In this document: positions 9,248-22,480 of the stretch, one piece after another | Position numbering within the stretch: position 1 is the stretch's first letter | Layout of the letters: each line of letters begins with the position of its first letter | Assembly (NCBI GenBank): GCA_038231275.1 | Contig: JBBRLQ010000003.1 | Location: 108,340-172,339, forward strand | Source: Polyangiales bacterium | GTDB lineage: Bacteria > Myxococcota_A > Polyangia > Polyangiales > Polyangiaceae | Length of the DNA: 64,000 nucleotides | Direction: 5' to 3' | Made by a program: the position numbers and the translations under genes | The notes under the pieces: generated by a model | The model's database searches: none | Told to the model about the DNA's origin: nothing | Seen by the model: only the letters and a program-made list of their open reading frames with translations

Positions 9248-11287
9248 ATGGCTCGACGCCGACCTTTGCCTTCTTCGCTGCCGTTCCTCCCTCTCTCCTT
9301 CGCGCTCGTCCTCGCGATCCTGGTCGCGTGCGGCTCGTCGGGCAAGGACGGGTTCGGTCCGCCGTTCTCGGATCCGGACGCGTCGGGCGACGGAAGCAGC
9401 AGCGGCTCGAGCGGATCGCTCTTCGGCGACGGGGGTGACAAGGCCGTCGTGTCGCTCACCATCGATCCTCCGCAAGCCACTCTGGCCGTCGACCTCGGTA
9501 CCCCGGCGACGCAGCAGTTCAAGCTCGTAGGGCACTTCGCCGATGGCACCACGGGCACCGTCACCGAGGCGCTCCCGTGGTCCGCGACGAACCTGCAGGT
9601 CGGAACGATCGCCGGCACGGGGATCTACACGTCGACCGGGACGCTCGGCGGAGTCGTCACGATCGGCGCGACCTACAAGGGGCAGAAGGCGAGCGCGCAG
9701 CTCATCGTGAAGCTCCACGTCGTCGAAAACCCCGGCGCGGTCGACCCCGGGAGCCAGGGCACGCTCAAGGGCGCAGGCACGCCCGATCCGACCGTGAAGT
9801 GGGCCTATCCCTACGACGCGACGGTCTTCCCCCGGGGCCTCGCATCGCCGCTGATGCAATGGAACGGCTCTGGCGCCGACGATCTCTATTACGTGCACAT
9901 CCAGAGCGCGACGTTCGAGCTCGAGTCGTTCACGAAGGCGCCCGCGCCGTCGCGCTACGCCTTCGCGCCGGGGACCTGGGACAAGTTCGTCGGCTCTTCG
10001 TCGGGCGCGACGACTCTCCAAGTAAATAGACTCGCCACCGGCGTCGCGACGGTCGTCGCGAAGCATGCCTGGACGATCGCGCCGGCGTCCGTGCGCGGCA
10101 CCATCTACTACTGGGCCAACAACCTCGGCCGCGTCATGCGCATCAAGCCGGGCGCCAGCGCTCCCGACGATTTCAGCGCAGCGACGATCAGCGGCCCCGG
10201 CGGGTGCACGATGACGTGCCACACCGTATCGGCCGATGGCTCCACGATCGTGAGCGGCGGAGACGTCTTCGGCGGCTCGTACAATCTGCTCACGAACACG
10301 ATCATCCACGACATCGGCGGGTCTCCCGGCGACGCGCAGAAACGCAGCTGGTCGAACCCCGCTGTCTCGCCGAACGGCAAATACCTCGTCGAAAATTCTT
10401 CGGCCTTGCCCGGGCCGCCCGGCGCAGCCGACGGCCTCTGGAGCACCGCGGACGGCTCGCGCGTCCCGAACAGCGGGCTCGACGGCACCCAGCTCGGCAT
10501 GCCCAACTTCGCGCCCGACGGGACGAAGCTCGCGTACGTGGGCGTGAGCGGCGCAGGCGTCGTCAACTCGCTCAACGTCTTCGACTTCACCCTCGCCACG
10601 CCCAAAGCAGGCACGACGATCGAGCTCGTACCGCAGGGAGCCGGCGCCGCGATCGCGTGGCCGACGGTCAGTCCCGACGCCAAGTGGATCGTCTACCAGC
10701 GCGGCTCGCTCGACACGCGCTACGGCCCCGGCGATCTCTACGTCGCGAGCGCCGTCACTCCGAACCAGGGGACGCGCCTCGCGAAGCTCGACGGCGACGG
10801 CTACCCGTTCGCCGCAGCGAGCCCACGCGATCTTTCCTTCAACTACGAACCCACGTTCGCGCCGGTCCCGTCGGGTGGCTATTTCTGGGTCGTCTTCACG
10901 AGCCGCCGCACCTACGGCAACACGCTCGAGGGAGCCTCGTCGGCGACGAAGCAGCTCTGGGTCGCGGCGATCGATCTGAGCCCGACCGCAGGAAAGGACC
11001 CGAGCCACCCGCCGTTCCTCTTGCCGGGGCAGGATCAGACGTCGCTCAACATGCGCGGCTTCTGGGCGCTCGATCCCTGCAGGGCAGAGGGGCAAGGCTG
11101 CGCGACCGGGACCGAATGCTGCGGCGGCTTTTGCGACGGCACCGGCCCCGACGGCGGTCTCGTCTGCAAGGCCGGCGGCACCTGCGCGGGCGACGGGGAC
11201 CACTGCGACCAGGCGACGGACTGCTGCAACGTCGGCGGCGGGTCGACCTGCATCAACCACGTCTGCGCCGAGCCGACGCCCAAGTAG
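9248..11287 (+). CDS. Lipoprotein with TolB/PD40-like beta-propeller repeats and C-terminal Cys-rich module
   Basis: Signal peptide plus lipobox (LAILVAC). Repeated SPNGKY / APDGTK / SPDAKW propeller-blade motifs. C-terminal CxxGxECCGGFC...CC cysteine knot-like tail. Confidence 0.7.
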   Translation: MARRRPLPSSLPFLPLSFALVLAILVACGSSGKDGFGPPFSDPDASGDGSSSGSSGSLFGDGGDKAVVSLTIDPPQATLAVDLGTPATQQFKLVGHFADGTTGTVTEALPWSATNLQVGTIAGTGIYTSTGTLGGVVTIGATYKGQKASAQLIVKLHVVENPGAVDPGSQGTLKGAGTPDPTVKWAYPYDATVFPRGLASPLMQWNGSGADDLYYVHIQSATFELESFTKAPAPSRYAFAPGTWDKFVGSSSGATTLQVNRLATGVATVVAKHAWTIAPASVRGTIYYWANNLGRVMRIKPGASAPDDFSAATISGPGGCTMTCHTVSADGSTIVSGGDVFGGSYNLLTNTIIHDIGGSPGDAQKRSWSNPAVSPNGKYLVENSSALPGPPGAADGLWSTADGSRVPNSGLDGTQLGMPNFAPDGTKLAYVGVSGAGVVNSLNVFDFTLATPKAGTTIELVPQGAGAAIAWPTVSPDAKWIVYQRGSLDTRYGPGDLYVASAVTPNQGTRLAKLDGDGYPFAAASPRDLSFNYEPTFAPVPSGGYFWVVFTSRRTYGNTLEGASSATKQLWVAAIDLSPTAGKDPSHPPFLLPGQDQTSLNMRGFWALDPCRAEGQGCATGTECCGGFCDGTGPDGGLVCKAGGTCAGDGDHCDQATDCCNVGGGSTCINHVCAEPTPK

Positions 11288-11366
11288 ACCCGACGCTGGC
11301 CGCGCGGCGGATCCTGCCCTACATGGAGGTCAAAACCTCCCTCTGACGCGCTAGGATGCCTCCGCC

Positions 11367-14036
<2,670 letters not shown>

Positions 14037-14037
14037 G

Positions 14038-14652
14038 TTACTTGCCCGTCTGAACGGCGAGCGCGGCGCGGTAGCCTTTGACCGCCTGCGTCGCCGTCGG
14101 TGCATCCAAAAATGTGCAGAGCAGCGGCAGATCGAGCCCTGGAAGCGCCTCGGTGACGTCTGTGCGCACGTAGTCCTCGCCGCGCAGGATGAAGATCTGG
14201 ACGGCGTCTTTCTTCCAGTACCAAACCTCGCGGACACCGAGGCGCCGGTAGATCTCGAGCTTGTTCAGGCCGCCGCTCGTCCACACGACCTCGATGACGA
14301 GATCAGGCACTTTGCGAGTCTGATCGAGCCCAACCAAGTAGCACTCGTCCGGCTCGACGCCGGCTTTCTTCAATCGCCTCTTGAGGGTCCACGAGCCATA
14401 AGGAGAGAGCTCGACGTCTCGCTCGAGCGCGAAGGTCTCGATGAGCATGCCGAGGTACGACTTGATGCCCTCGTGGTTCTTCGAAGGGCTCATGAGCTCC
14501 ACCGTGCCGTCCAGGTAGGAAATTCGCGGGTTCGACTTCTCGCCCCGGATCTCCATCAGCTGCTCGTATCCCTCCCACGTCGTCTGAAGGAGGATGCGCT
14601 GGTCGGCCGTCGGAACGAACTCGCCCGGCGGGATGGTGCCCTCGAAGGACAT
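14038..14652 (-). CDS. Uma2-family (DUF820) putative restriction-type endonuclease
   Basis: The 205-aa C-terminal part of a long artefactual ORF matches the Uma2 fold (PDLVIEVVW...EVWYW). Its stop abuts the acnA stop, convergently. Confidence 0.8.
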   Translation of the reverse strand: MSFEGTIPPGEFVPTADQRILLQTTWEGYEQLMEIRGEKSNPRISYLDGTVELMSPSKNHEGIKSYLGMLIETFALERDVELSPYGSWTLKRRLKKAGVEPDECYLVGLDQTRKVPDLVIEVVWTSGGLNKLEIYRRLGVREVWYWKKDAVQIFILRGEDYVRTDVTEALPGLDLPLLCTFLDAPTATQAVKGYRAALAVQTGK

Positions 14653-14811
14653 GCGAATGAGCCTAGCAGAGGAGGGGAGAGGCGGAGGCATCACGGCGGC
14701 CCGTCGCAACCCGCGTGCCGCTCGGGGAACGCTAAATTCGTGCGGATCCAGGAAAGGGGAGGGCGTCCCGGACGGTTTCGCGGGTGTCCGCGGACGCGCT
14801 AGGCTCGCGCC

Positions 14812-15444
14812 ATGGAGCTCCCCGAGGGAACCATCCCCATCGCGTCCGAGGCGGAGCTGCGTGAGTTGCTCGGGCCGCCGTTGGTTCGTGCGGCGACCAA
14901 GGATCGGAGGAAGCTGCATGCGATGGATCGCGTGTGGCTGGCGCGGTCGCCGTTTTGTTTGATCGCGACGGCCGGCGCAGATGGGACGTGCGACGTCTCG
15001 CCGAAGGGGGACCCTGCGGGGTTCGTGCACGTGCTCGACGACGTCACGATCGTCATCCCCGATCGCCCGGGAAACAAGCGCGCGGACGGGTTTCACAACG
15101 TGCTGAAAAATCCGCACGTCGGCCTCGTCTTTCTCGTCCCCGGCCGCACCGACACGCTGCGCATCAACGGCGAGGCGCGCCTCGTCAAGGACGCGCCGTT
15201 CTTCGACGCGATGGTCGTGAAGGGACACCGGCCGGCGCTGGCGCTCGTCGTTCATGTCGAGCAGGTCTTCTTCCATTGCGCGAAGGCGTTCTTGCGCTCG
15301 GGCCTCTGGGAGCACTCGACGTGGACGCCGGCAGCGCTGCCCTCGCGCGCGGAGATCGTGAAGAGCATCGAGGACGTGCCCGAAACGCTCGAAGAGCTCG
15401 AGACCTACTACGGCCCCGACTACGCCAAGCGCCTCTACGGCTGA
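14812..15444 (+). CDS. Pyridoxamine 5'-phosphate oxidase-family (FMN-binding split-barrel) protein
   Basis: PPOX-class motifs (CLIATAGADGTCDVSPKGDPAGFV). Confidence 0.8.
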   Translation: MELPEGTIPIASEAELRELLGPPLVRAATKDRRKLHAMDRVWLARSPFCLIATAGADGTCDVSPKGDPAGFVHVLDDVTIVIPDRPGNKRADGFHNVLKNPHVGLVFLVPGRTDTLRINGEARLVKDAPFFDAMVVKGHRPALALVVHVEQVFFHCAKAFLRSGLWEHSTWTPAALPSRAEIVKSIEDVPETLEELETYYGPDYAKRLYG

Positions 15445-15869
15445 CGAGCCAGCCTGGCGAGCGCGGCGCGAAGTGGCTCGGGGAAGGGAAGAGGCCGACG
15501 GGTCGCGCGCGCGACCAAGACGTGCGTGAGCTCGCCGGCTGCGAGCGCCTCCTCGCCGCGGAAAATGCCGACGCCGTAGCGGACGCTCGTGGTGCCGAGG
15601 TGCACGACCGACAGGCCGGCGTCGAGATCCTCCGGGTACGACGCCGGCGCGAGGTAACGGCACTCCGACGCGACCATCAAGCCGATCGCGTCGCCGTGGT
15701 GCGGGTCGAGGCCGCCCACGTCGATGAGGTACCGGTTGATGACGGTGTCGAAGTACGAATAGTAGACGACGTTGTTCACGTGTCCGTAGACGTCGTTGTC
15801 CATCCAGCGCGTCTGGATGGGGAGAAAGTACACGTAATCGGCACGGCGCGGCGGCGGGGGGCGGCTCAT
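15435..15869 (-). CDS. Acyl-CoA thioesterase, 4HBT/YbgC-like hot-dog fold
   Basis: Matches the YbgC/4HBT thioesterase pattern ([21 protein letters not shown]). Its ATG overlaps the upstream ADH stop (ATGA). Confidence 0.75.
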   Translation of the reverse strand: MSRPPPPRRADYVYFLPIQTRWMDNDVYGHVNNVVYYSYFDTVINRYLIDVGGLDPHHGDAIGLMVASECRYLAPASYPEDLDAGLSVVHLGTTSVRYGVGIFRGEEALAAGELTHVLVARATRRPLPFPEPLRAALARLARQP

Positions 15870-17176
15870 GGCGCGCCTCCCATCGCGGCCGCGAAGACGC
15901 CGGCGAGGGCCATCTCGTCCACGGTGCGCGGGGCGTTGTCGAGGAGGCGCGTTTGGACGATGGTGCCCGCGACGAGCGCGCCGACGTCGCCGCTCGAGTA
16001 GCCGAGCGCCGTGAGGCCAACGGGAACGTCGGCCGCGCGCATCGCTCGTTCGAGGGCGCCGACGAGCACGGCGCCAGCGTCCGCGGGAGTCGCGCCACGG
16101 ACGTCCTCGCCGAGGAGCGCCGCCGCGTCGAGGTGCCGTTCGGGGCACGCGGCGGCGGTGAAGGCCAGCGCCGCCGGCGCGCTCGTGACGACGGAGACGC
16201 CGTGCGGGACGAGCGCATCGGCGTCGGGATATCCCGGCATACGAAACGACTTCGCCTGCCCCGCGACGGCGTACGCCATCGCGTGCGGGAGGTGCACGCC
16301 GGCGTTTCCGAACGCGAGGCCCGCAAGCGTCGCCGCCCAGAGAAGCGCCTCCCGGGCTTCGGCGTCGTTCGCGTCACGCACGGCCCTCACGAGGTACGCC
16401 CCGCAGAGGCGTAGCGCTTCGCGGCTCCCGAGATCGCTCCACGGGTTTCTCCCCTGGCTCATCGGCCTCGCGCCGGGTGACGCGGGTGCCGCGCGCGCCG
16501 TGAACGCACGCGCCGTGAGCGACTCGATCGCGTGGCAGAGCACGTCGAAGCCGCTCGCCGCAACGACCCCGGGCGGCAACGTCGCTGTCACGTCGGGATC
16601 GATGACGGCGAGCGTGGGACGGAGGCGTCTCGACGCGATGCCGGTCTTCGCATGGAGCGCGACGACGTCGCACACGGCGATCCCGGTAAGCTCACTGCCC
16701 GTGCCCGAGGTCGTGGGGCACGCGACGTGCGGCGGGAGCGCGCCGGGCACTGCGCGGCCTTCGCCGACCGGCTTGTTCACGTATGCGAGGAACTCGGCAG
16801 GGTACGTCGCGTAGAGGAGAGCGGCCTTGCACGTGTCGATCGTCGAGCCGCCGCCCACCGAGACGTAGCCGTCGAAGCGGCCCTCACGGGCGAAGCGGGC
16901 GGCATCTTGGAAAGAGCCGTCCGTCGGCTCGACGCGGACCGCGTCGAAGACCGCGGCGTCGATATGTGCATCTTGCAACGATTTGCGGACGCGCGCGAAG
17001 GACGGGAGCGCCGCGACGCGAGGGTCGGTGAAAACCGCGACGCGCGTGCATCCGAGTCCCGCGACGAGCGGGCCCACTTCCGCGAGGGCGCCGCGGCCGA
17101 AGGTGAGGCTCGACGCGTCGACCGAAAAAATCCCTTCGTGCCCTTCCGCCGGGAGATACCCGTGCGCGCAGCTCAT
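15866..17176 (-). CDS. Iron-containing alcohol dehydrogenase family protein
   Basis: Fe-ADH motifs ([11 protein letters not shown], metal-binding His cluster HAMAYAV). Confidence 0.85.
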   Translation of the reverse strand: MSCAHGYLPAEGHEGIFSVDASSLTFGRGALAEVGPLVAGLGCTRVAVFTDPRVAALPSFARVRKSLQDAHIDAAVFDAVRVEPTDGSFQDAARFAREGRFDGYVSVGGGSTIDTCKAALLYATYPAEFLAYVNKPVGEGRAVPGALPPHVACPTTSGTGSELTGIAVCDVVALHAKTGIASRRLRPTLAVIDPDVTATLPPGVVAASGFDVLCHAIESLTARAFTARAAPASPGARPMSQGRNPWSDLGSREALRLCGAYLVRAVRDANDAEAREALLWAATLAGLAFGNAGVHLPHAMAYAVAGQAKSFRMPGYPDADALVPHGVSVVTSAPAALAFTAAACPERHLDAAALLGEDVRGATPADAGAVLVGALERAMRAADVPVGLTALGYSSGDVGALVAGTIVQTRLLDNAPRTVDEMALAGVFAAAMGGAP

Positions 17177-17206
17177 GCCGCCACTCTAGCAGCGTCTGCC
17201 GCGTGC

Positions 17207-17587
17207 TCAGCCGCCCAGGTCGACACGGATCGGGACGGTCGCGTCGGCCTGGCACCGGCGGCGGCGCGGTCCCATGCAGCGAACCCCGCCGTACCGCCAC
17301 TGCGAAGGCATCCAGTCGAGCCGAGTCCCCGGCGCCGTCGAGCGCGCGCAGACCTTGACGGTCCCGAGCGCCACCGCGAGCGCGCGCGTGTCGCCGGGCC
17401 GAAGCACGCCGTCGAAGACGAGCTTGTTGTCGGAGGAGTCGCAGGGGAGCGTGTCGCCAACCGCGATCTGCACCCGCGTGGTTCCGAGGCCGTAATTGTG
17501 GACGATGACCGGAGTGGGCGCGTCTCCGAGCGCGCCGGACCCGGAGCACGCCAGCGCGAGGGCAAGGGCGAGTGCAGGCCGGCGCAT
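17207..17587 (-). CDS. Small lipoprotein, hypothetical
   Basis: Signal peptide and lipobox (LALACSG); Cys-containing mature region. Confidence 0.5.
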   Translation of the reverse strand: MRRPALALALALACSGSGALGDAPTPVIVHNYGLGTTRVQIAVGDTLPCDSSDNKLVFDGVLRPGDTRALAVALGTVKVCARSTAPGTRLDWMPSQWRYGGVRCMGPRRRRCQADATVPIRVDLGG

Positions 17588-17749
17588 GTAGCTTCCCTAA
17601 GCACCTTCCGCACCAAGGTCGGTATTTGTCCTGGAACGCCGCGCGAACGTGCAAATCCGCCCTGAGTGGCGTTGTCCGCGGGCAGCGAAATGGAGGGGCG
17701 CGCCGCCGCAATCTTCGGAACCCGGTGGGGCACGGGTTGTCGTATCGGC

Positions 17750-19741
17750 ATGCGAACCCGCTCGCTCGCCGGCGCCCTGCCGCTCGTTGGTCTCCTCGCG
17801 CTGGCGTCCTCCGCGCGGGGCGACATCGTACAAGGTACGCGCTCCGAGCTGCTGACCGAACGCGCACACACGATCGATCTCAGCCTGTCGCCCGGGCACG
17901 CCGTCTTGCGGGTACGGCGCGTCCTCGACAACCAGGGTCCGCGCCACGACCAGGCGATCATCGACATCGACCTGCCGCAAGGCGCCGTCGCGACGGGCCT
18001 TCGCACGCTGGGATCGCTCAACGGGCAGCCCACATGGTTCGACGCGGAGCTGATGGAGGCCGAGGCCGCCGCCGCGAAGTACAGGGAGCTGACGGGCATC
18101 GGGGGTTGGTACCCGAAGGATCCCGCGCTCCTCTCGTGGCGGAGCCCGACCAACCTGAAGCTCCAGGTCTTTCCGGTCGCGCCGAAGTCCAGGAAGACCG
18201 TCGAGTACACGCTCTCGATGCCGACGGACTACGAGGAAGGGCACGACGTGCTTCACCTCGCGCGACTCGGAACGGAGGCGCGCGCCGCCGACGTCGTGGT
18301 GACCGTCGCGGATCCGCGCGACAAAATCCGGCTCGCCGGCAAGGTGATCCCGTCCGGATCCCACCTCGCCTTCAAGGACGACGCGCCGCTCGACCTGGTC
18401 CTCGAGCGTCACGATCAGCCGCGCCTCGGCGGTGAGGTCGCGGTCGTGCCGTTCGCGTCGCACCGCGTGCTCTCCCACGCGCGCGTCGAGGTCTCCGGTC
18501 GTCTGTCGCAGGCACCTCGCGGCGCGAGCGTCGTCGTCGTGCTCGATGCCTCGCGCTCGCAAGAGGACACGATCGTGGAGGCGCAGCGCGCGGCGGCGGC
18601 GGCGTACCTGTCGAACATGCCCGACGCCACCGTGGAAGTGATCACGTTCGATCGAGCGGTGCACCGCCGCTACGGAGGTTTGGCGCCGGTGGCGACGGCG
18701 ATCGCGGATCTGGAGCGCGCGGCGATCGTGCGCCGAAACGGCAGCGCGATCGATCTCGCGATCGCCGAGGCGGAGTCCGTCCTGCTCGCGTCGCCGCCCG
18801 GTCCCCGGCGTGTCGTCCTGTTCGGCGACCTGCGGACGCGCCTCTCGCTCGATCCCGAGAAGCTCCGCGCCGCGTTCGCCAGGAGCGGCGCGGTGGCCCA
18901 CATCGGTACGGTGTCGAGCGGGGCGCCGTCCTTGTCGCGCACGGACGACGGCGCGTGGGCGGACGTCGCGCGCGCGACTGGCGGCGTGCAATGGTTCGGC
19001 GCGGCGTCGAGCGATCCGGGACTCGTCGGTGAAATGCGCACGGCCTACGAGGAGCTCGCGCGCCCGGTTCGCATCGATCGCTTGACCGTCAAGACGCCGG
19101 GCCTCAACGGGGACGAGCTCGCGCTGCCCGACTCGATTGCGGAGGGCGGCGTCTTCGATCTCACGCGCGTCGATCCGTCGGCGATGAGCGCGCTGGTCCT
19201 GAAGGGCGAGCTGTGGTCGTCGCCCATCCACACGACGATTCAACCCGAACCCGCGAAAAACAAGCTCTGGGCCGCGCTCGTCTTCGGCTCCGGCGTGCTC
19301 GGCGATCTGTCGGAGCCCGAGCAGATGACGCTCGCGAAGCTCGGGCACGCGGTATCGCCGGTGACGAGCCTCCTCGCGATCGAGCCGGGCGTGCGTCCGT
19401 CGACCGAGGGGCTCGAAGAAGGCAGCGGGCAGGGCTTTGGCTCCGGCCACGGGAGCATCGGCTCGTCCCATCACACGCGCTCGCCGCGCCTCACGACGTT
19501 CAATCCCGCAGAGTTCCTGAGGGACGCGCTCTCGCACGCGTGGACGGCGTGCGGCGGCGCCGGCAAGACCGCGACCGTCGCCCTCGAGACCACGCGCGCG
19601 GAGATCGTCGAGATCCAGCACGTCACCGTCGACCCGACGTCGCCGAAGAACGCCGAGTCGTGCTTGCGCGAAGCGACGTGGGCCGTGGAGCTCCCGGACG
19701 GCTTCGACGCCGAGCACCGGAGCTTCTCGGTCGCCCTCTGA
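17750..19741 (+). CDS. Secreted VIT (vault protein inter-alpha-trypsin) + von Willebrand A domain protein
   Basis: Signal peptide ([13 protein letters not shown]). VIT-like beta-sandwich region followed by a vWA domain with a DxSxS-type MIDAS motif ([10 protein letters not shown]). Start chosen at the internal Met at 17750. Confidence 0.8.
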   Translation: MRTRSLAGALPLVGLLALASSARGDIVQGTRSELLTERAHTIDLSLSPGHAVLRVRRVLDNQGPRHDQAIIDIDLPQGAVATGLRTLGSLNGQPTWFDAELMEAEAAAAKYRELTGIGGWYPKDPALLSWRSPTNLKLQVFPVAPKSRKTVEYTLSMPTDYEEGHDVLHLARLGTEARAADVVVTVADPRDKIRLAGKVIPSGSHLAFKDDAPLDLVLERHDQPRLGGEVAVVPFASHRVLSHARVEVSGRLSQAPRGASVVVVLDASRSQEDTIVEAQRAAAAAYLSNMPDATVEVITFDRAVHRRYGGLAPVATAIADLERAAIVRRNGSAIDLAIAEAESVLLASPPGPRRVVLFGDLRTRLSLDPEKLRAAFARSGAVAHIGTVSSGAPSLSRTDDGAWADVARATGGVQWFGAASSDPGLVGEMRTAYEELARPVRIDRLTVKTPGLNGDELALPDSIAEGGVFDLTRVDPSAMSALVLKGELWSSPIHTTIQPEPAKNKLWAALVFGSGVLGDLSEPEQMTLAKLGHAVSPVTSLLAIEPGVRPSTEGLEEGSGQGFGSGHGSIGSSHHTRSPRLTTFNPAEFLRDALSHAWTACGGAGKTATVALETTRAEIVEIQHVTVDPTSPKNAESCLREATWAVELPDGFDAEHRSFSVAL

Positions 19742-19812
19742 CGTGTCTTGACGGCCTTCAGCGGATCACAGATCGTGGGTCCTCCCTTTTCCCATCCACG
19801 AGGACGTGCCCG

Positions 19813-20142
19813 ATGACGAACGCGCTCCAGATCGACAAGCTCAAGGAAGGCTCCGGCGCCGAGGCCCAGGCCGGCAAGCGCGTCACCGTCCACTACGTCG
19901 GGACGCTGACCAGCGGCGACAAGTTCGACAGCTCGCGCGATCGCGGCAAGGGCTTCAGCTTCAAGCTGGGCGCGGGCGAGGTCATCAAGGGATGGGACCA
20001 AGGCGTCGCCGGCATGAAGGTCGGTGAGATGCGCAAGCTGACGATCCCGTCGGATCTCGCCTACGGCGCGCGCGGATTTCCGCCGGTCATCCCGCCGAAC
20101 GCGACGCTCGTGTTCGAGGTGGAGCTTCTCGAAGTCAGCTGA
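19813..20142 (+). CDS. FKBP-type peptidyl-prolyl cis-trans isomerase
   Basis: Classic FKBP motifs ([38 protein letters not shown]...LVFEVELL). Real start is the ATG at 19813 inside the longer ORF. Confidence 0.85.
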   Translation: MTNALQIDKLKEGSGAEAQAGKRVTVHYVGTLTSGDKFDSSRDRGKGFSFKLGAGEVIKGWDQGVAGMKVGEMRKLTIPSDLAYGARGFPPVIPPNATLVFEVELLEVS

Positions 20143-20239
20143 GCGACGAGGCCCGCGACGGCATCGGTGCGCAACACGTTGAAAACGTGAAACTTCTTCG
20201 TGTCGCCCGTTTGGGGGAAGTGCGCGCCGGCGCGGGGCG

Positions 20240-21271
20240 ATGCACCTTGGAGTCATGACCGGGCTCGACGAGGGGGGGATTCGTGCGGTGGGTGGAGAGC
20301 GATGGGGCGGAGGCTCCGTTCGCGGCGATCGCGTGCCGTTCGAGGAGTACGCCGCGGCCCTTGCGGCACGTGAGCTGATTTTGGATGAGACCGGGATCCG
20401 CGCGGCCGGCGGCTCGGTGACCGGCGACGTCGAGCGCGCGTGGGCGATGCTGGCCGAGCACGCGGCGCGCTTTGGCGTCGTGATGACGCCGGGAGATTTC
20501 CAGCGGACCAACCGCGTCCTCGAGTGGGACGATCTGATCATGAGTGACGCGCGCGTCCAAGAAGGCTGGAGCCGCGCGTACCCGACGGCGCTCGCGCGCG
20601 TCGCCGGTTTGCCCGTGGATCAAGAGGCGGGCGCGTCGGCGGTGCGTCACCTCCAAAAGCAGCCGAGCCTCCTCTGGAACGCGTTCGTGCCGCTCGCGCT
20701 CCGCCGTCCTGCGATCACGGGCGAGCTGCGCGCCTTCGCGCTGAAGACTCCGACGCTCGCGCCGCGCACGCCTGCGCCTGCGCGCGGCGAGGACGTCTCG
20801 GTCTTCCCGGGCGAGCGCCTCTCGAACCTCTCCGACTTCGCGCGTCTCCAGCACCGCCTGCAGAGCGGCGACTTCATGGGGACCCTCTACAAGGAGGGCC
20901 TCGATCCCGTGGAGTTCGCGCGCATCTCCGATCGCTGGGCGAAGCGCCTCGCGGGCGATCAGGCCCTCCGCGCCGAGTACGCGATCGTCCTGAAGCGCAC
21001 CGGCGACGTCGCCGCGGTGAAGCACACCGAGCCGCTCCCGCCGCAAGACACGATCGTGTTCCCGGGGCACAAGCTCGCGCGCGTGAGCGATTTCGCGCGC
21101 ATCAGCCGCGCCGCCAAGCGCGGAGACTTCAAGGCCGCGCTCGAGCGCGCCGGCGTCGACGCCGACACGTTCGCGAACCTGTGCGCCCGCTTCAACGCGC
21201 GCATGCAAGTGGACGCCGTCGTCGCGGCCCAGTTCAAGCGCCTCCTTTTGGACGCGCGCATCGACGGCTAG
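20240..21271 (+). CDS. Hypothetical protein with internal tandem duplication
   Basis: Two about 55-aa repeats (VFPGERLSNLSDFARLQ... and VFPGHKLARVSDFARIS...); no family recognised. Confidence 0.55.
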   Translation: MHLGVMTGLDEGGIRAVGGERWGGGSVRGDRVPFEEYAAALAARELILDETGIRAAGGSVTGDVERAWAMLAEHAARFGVVMTPGDFQRTNRVLEWDDLIMSDARVQEGWSRAYPTALARVAGLPVDQEAGASAVRHLQKQPSLLWNAFVPLALRRPAITGELRAFALKTPTLAPRTPAPARGEDVSVFPGERLSNLSDFARLQHRLQSGDFMGTLYKEGLDPVEFARISDRWAKRLAGDQALRAEYAIVLKRTGDVAAVKHTEPLPPQDTIVFPGHKLARVSDFARISRAAKRGDFKAALERAGVDADTFANLCARFNARMQVDAVVAAQFKRLLLDARIDG

Positions 21272-21282
21272 TCTCTACGGCG

Positions 21283-22467
21283 GTGCTCCGATCGTTCGTC
21301 CGCGCGCTCGCCGCGATGCTGCCGCTCTTGCCCATCGCGTTGGGCGGGTGCTCGCAGCACCTGCTCGTCGACGCGGTGATGGCGAGCGCGTACCGGCCGC
21401 CGCACGGCCCGGCGCGGCAAGGCGGCTACCTGCTCCTCGCGGGCGACACACACTGCCATGTCATGCCGCCTGATTCGCCCGGCCACGTCGATCGAGGTCT
21501 CGCCGAGACCGTCGCGATCGCGAAGGACTAGGGCCTCGACTTCGTGCTCCTCACGCCCCACGTCCGCGCGCGGTTCTTCGCCGATCCCGAGCGACGCGCG
21601 CGCTTCGTGGAGTCGCAGCGCGAGCTCGCCGCCGAGATCGCGCACCAGGATCTCGGGAGCCTCCTCGTCTTGCGCGGCCTCGAGTACACCGACTGGGAGT
21701 ACGGGCACCTCACGATGGGCTTCACGGACGCCGAGGCGGTGCTGGACGCGGTGTCCCTCGAGACGGCGCGCGCGCATCCGGAGGCGTTCTTCGAGACCTG
21801 GCAAGCGCGAGGCGGCGTCTTCGCGATCAACCATCCGGTCCTCACGCCGCTGGCGAATTTTCCCCTGCGCGCCGCGCGAGGCGATCTCTCATGGCGGGCG
21901 TTCGAGACACGCGGACCCTTTCCGCCCGAGATCGATTTCGCGACGCGCCACGCGCAAGGCATCGAGGTCCACAACCTCGCCGTCACCCACATGCGCGATG
22001 GCATCCTCCTCGGCGATGGAGATCGCTCGCTCCGTCACGCGTCGCTCCTGCTCGCGCGCCGCGCTCGACTCGGAGGCCATCGCATCGCGGCGCTCGGCGG
22101 CACCGACAGCCACGCGCACCACCTCCGCGCCGTCACGTGGGTCATGGCGGAGGCGCGCACAGAGGGCGCGATCCGCGACGCGATCGTGGCGGGGCGCACC
22201 TGCGTTCGGAGCCCCGAGGCATGCTCGTTCGAGGCGAGGGCGGAGGGCACGCCTGCATGGCAAGCGCTCGGCGCATCATTGCAAAGTGCACACATTGAGC
22301 TGCGCGCCGCCGCGGCCGCCACGGTTTTCGCCGACGGGATCGCGGTCGCGCGCCTCGAGCCCGGGACCATCGGCCGCGTCGATGTCGATCCCGCGCGCTG
22401 CACCGTCCTGTACGCGCGCGTTGGGGAGGGCCTCTCCTCACCGATTTACGCCGGCTGCCCGTTCTGA
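21283..22467 (+). pseudogene. PHP-domain (polymerase/histidinol-phosphatase-like) lipoprotein gene interrupted by in-frame TAG at 21529-21531
   Basis: ORFs 21181-21531 and 21544-22467 are in the same frame. PHP motif I (GDTHCHV) and motif II (GLDFVLLTPH) are separated only by the amber codon (IAKD*GLDF). Lipobox ALGGC. Confidence 0.6.
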
Positions 22468-22480
22468 CACCCTCTCGCGC

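Noticed and set aside
9059-11260. 733-aa minus-strand ORF opposite the PD40 lipoprotein gene (similarly 8173-9618, 11319-12959, 12987-14237, 17597-19717, 20135-21208, 22142-24598, 30936-32972, 40416-43682, 47185-48156, 47700-49541, 53668-57336, 59824-61695)
   Set aside because: All are antisense to ORFs with strong domain evidence. Their translations are Arg/Gly/Asp-rich with no motifs, and long stop-free antisense frames are expected at about 68% GC.
14653-16377. N-terminal 570 aa of the 779-aa minus-strand ORF 14038-16377
   Set aside because: Only the last 205 aa form a coherent Uma2 domain. The upstream part is Arg/Pro-rich and overlaps the well-supported PPOX-family and thioesterase/ADH genes on the other strand or frame.
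21181-21282. Upstream part of ORF 21181-21531 as N-terminus of the PHP protein
   Set aside because: It overlaps the 3' end of the preceding gene (stop at 21271). The GTG at 21283 immediately precedes a lipoprotein signal peptide and is the more plausible start.
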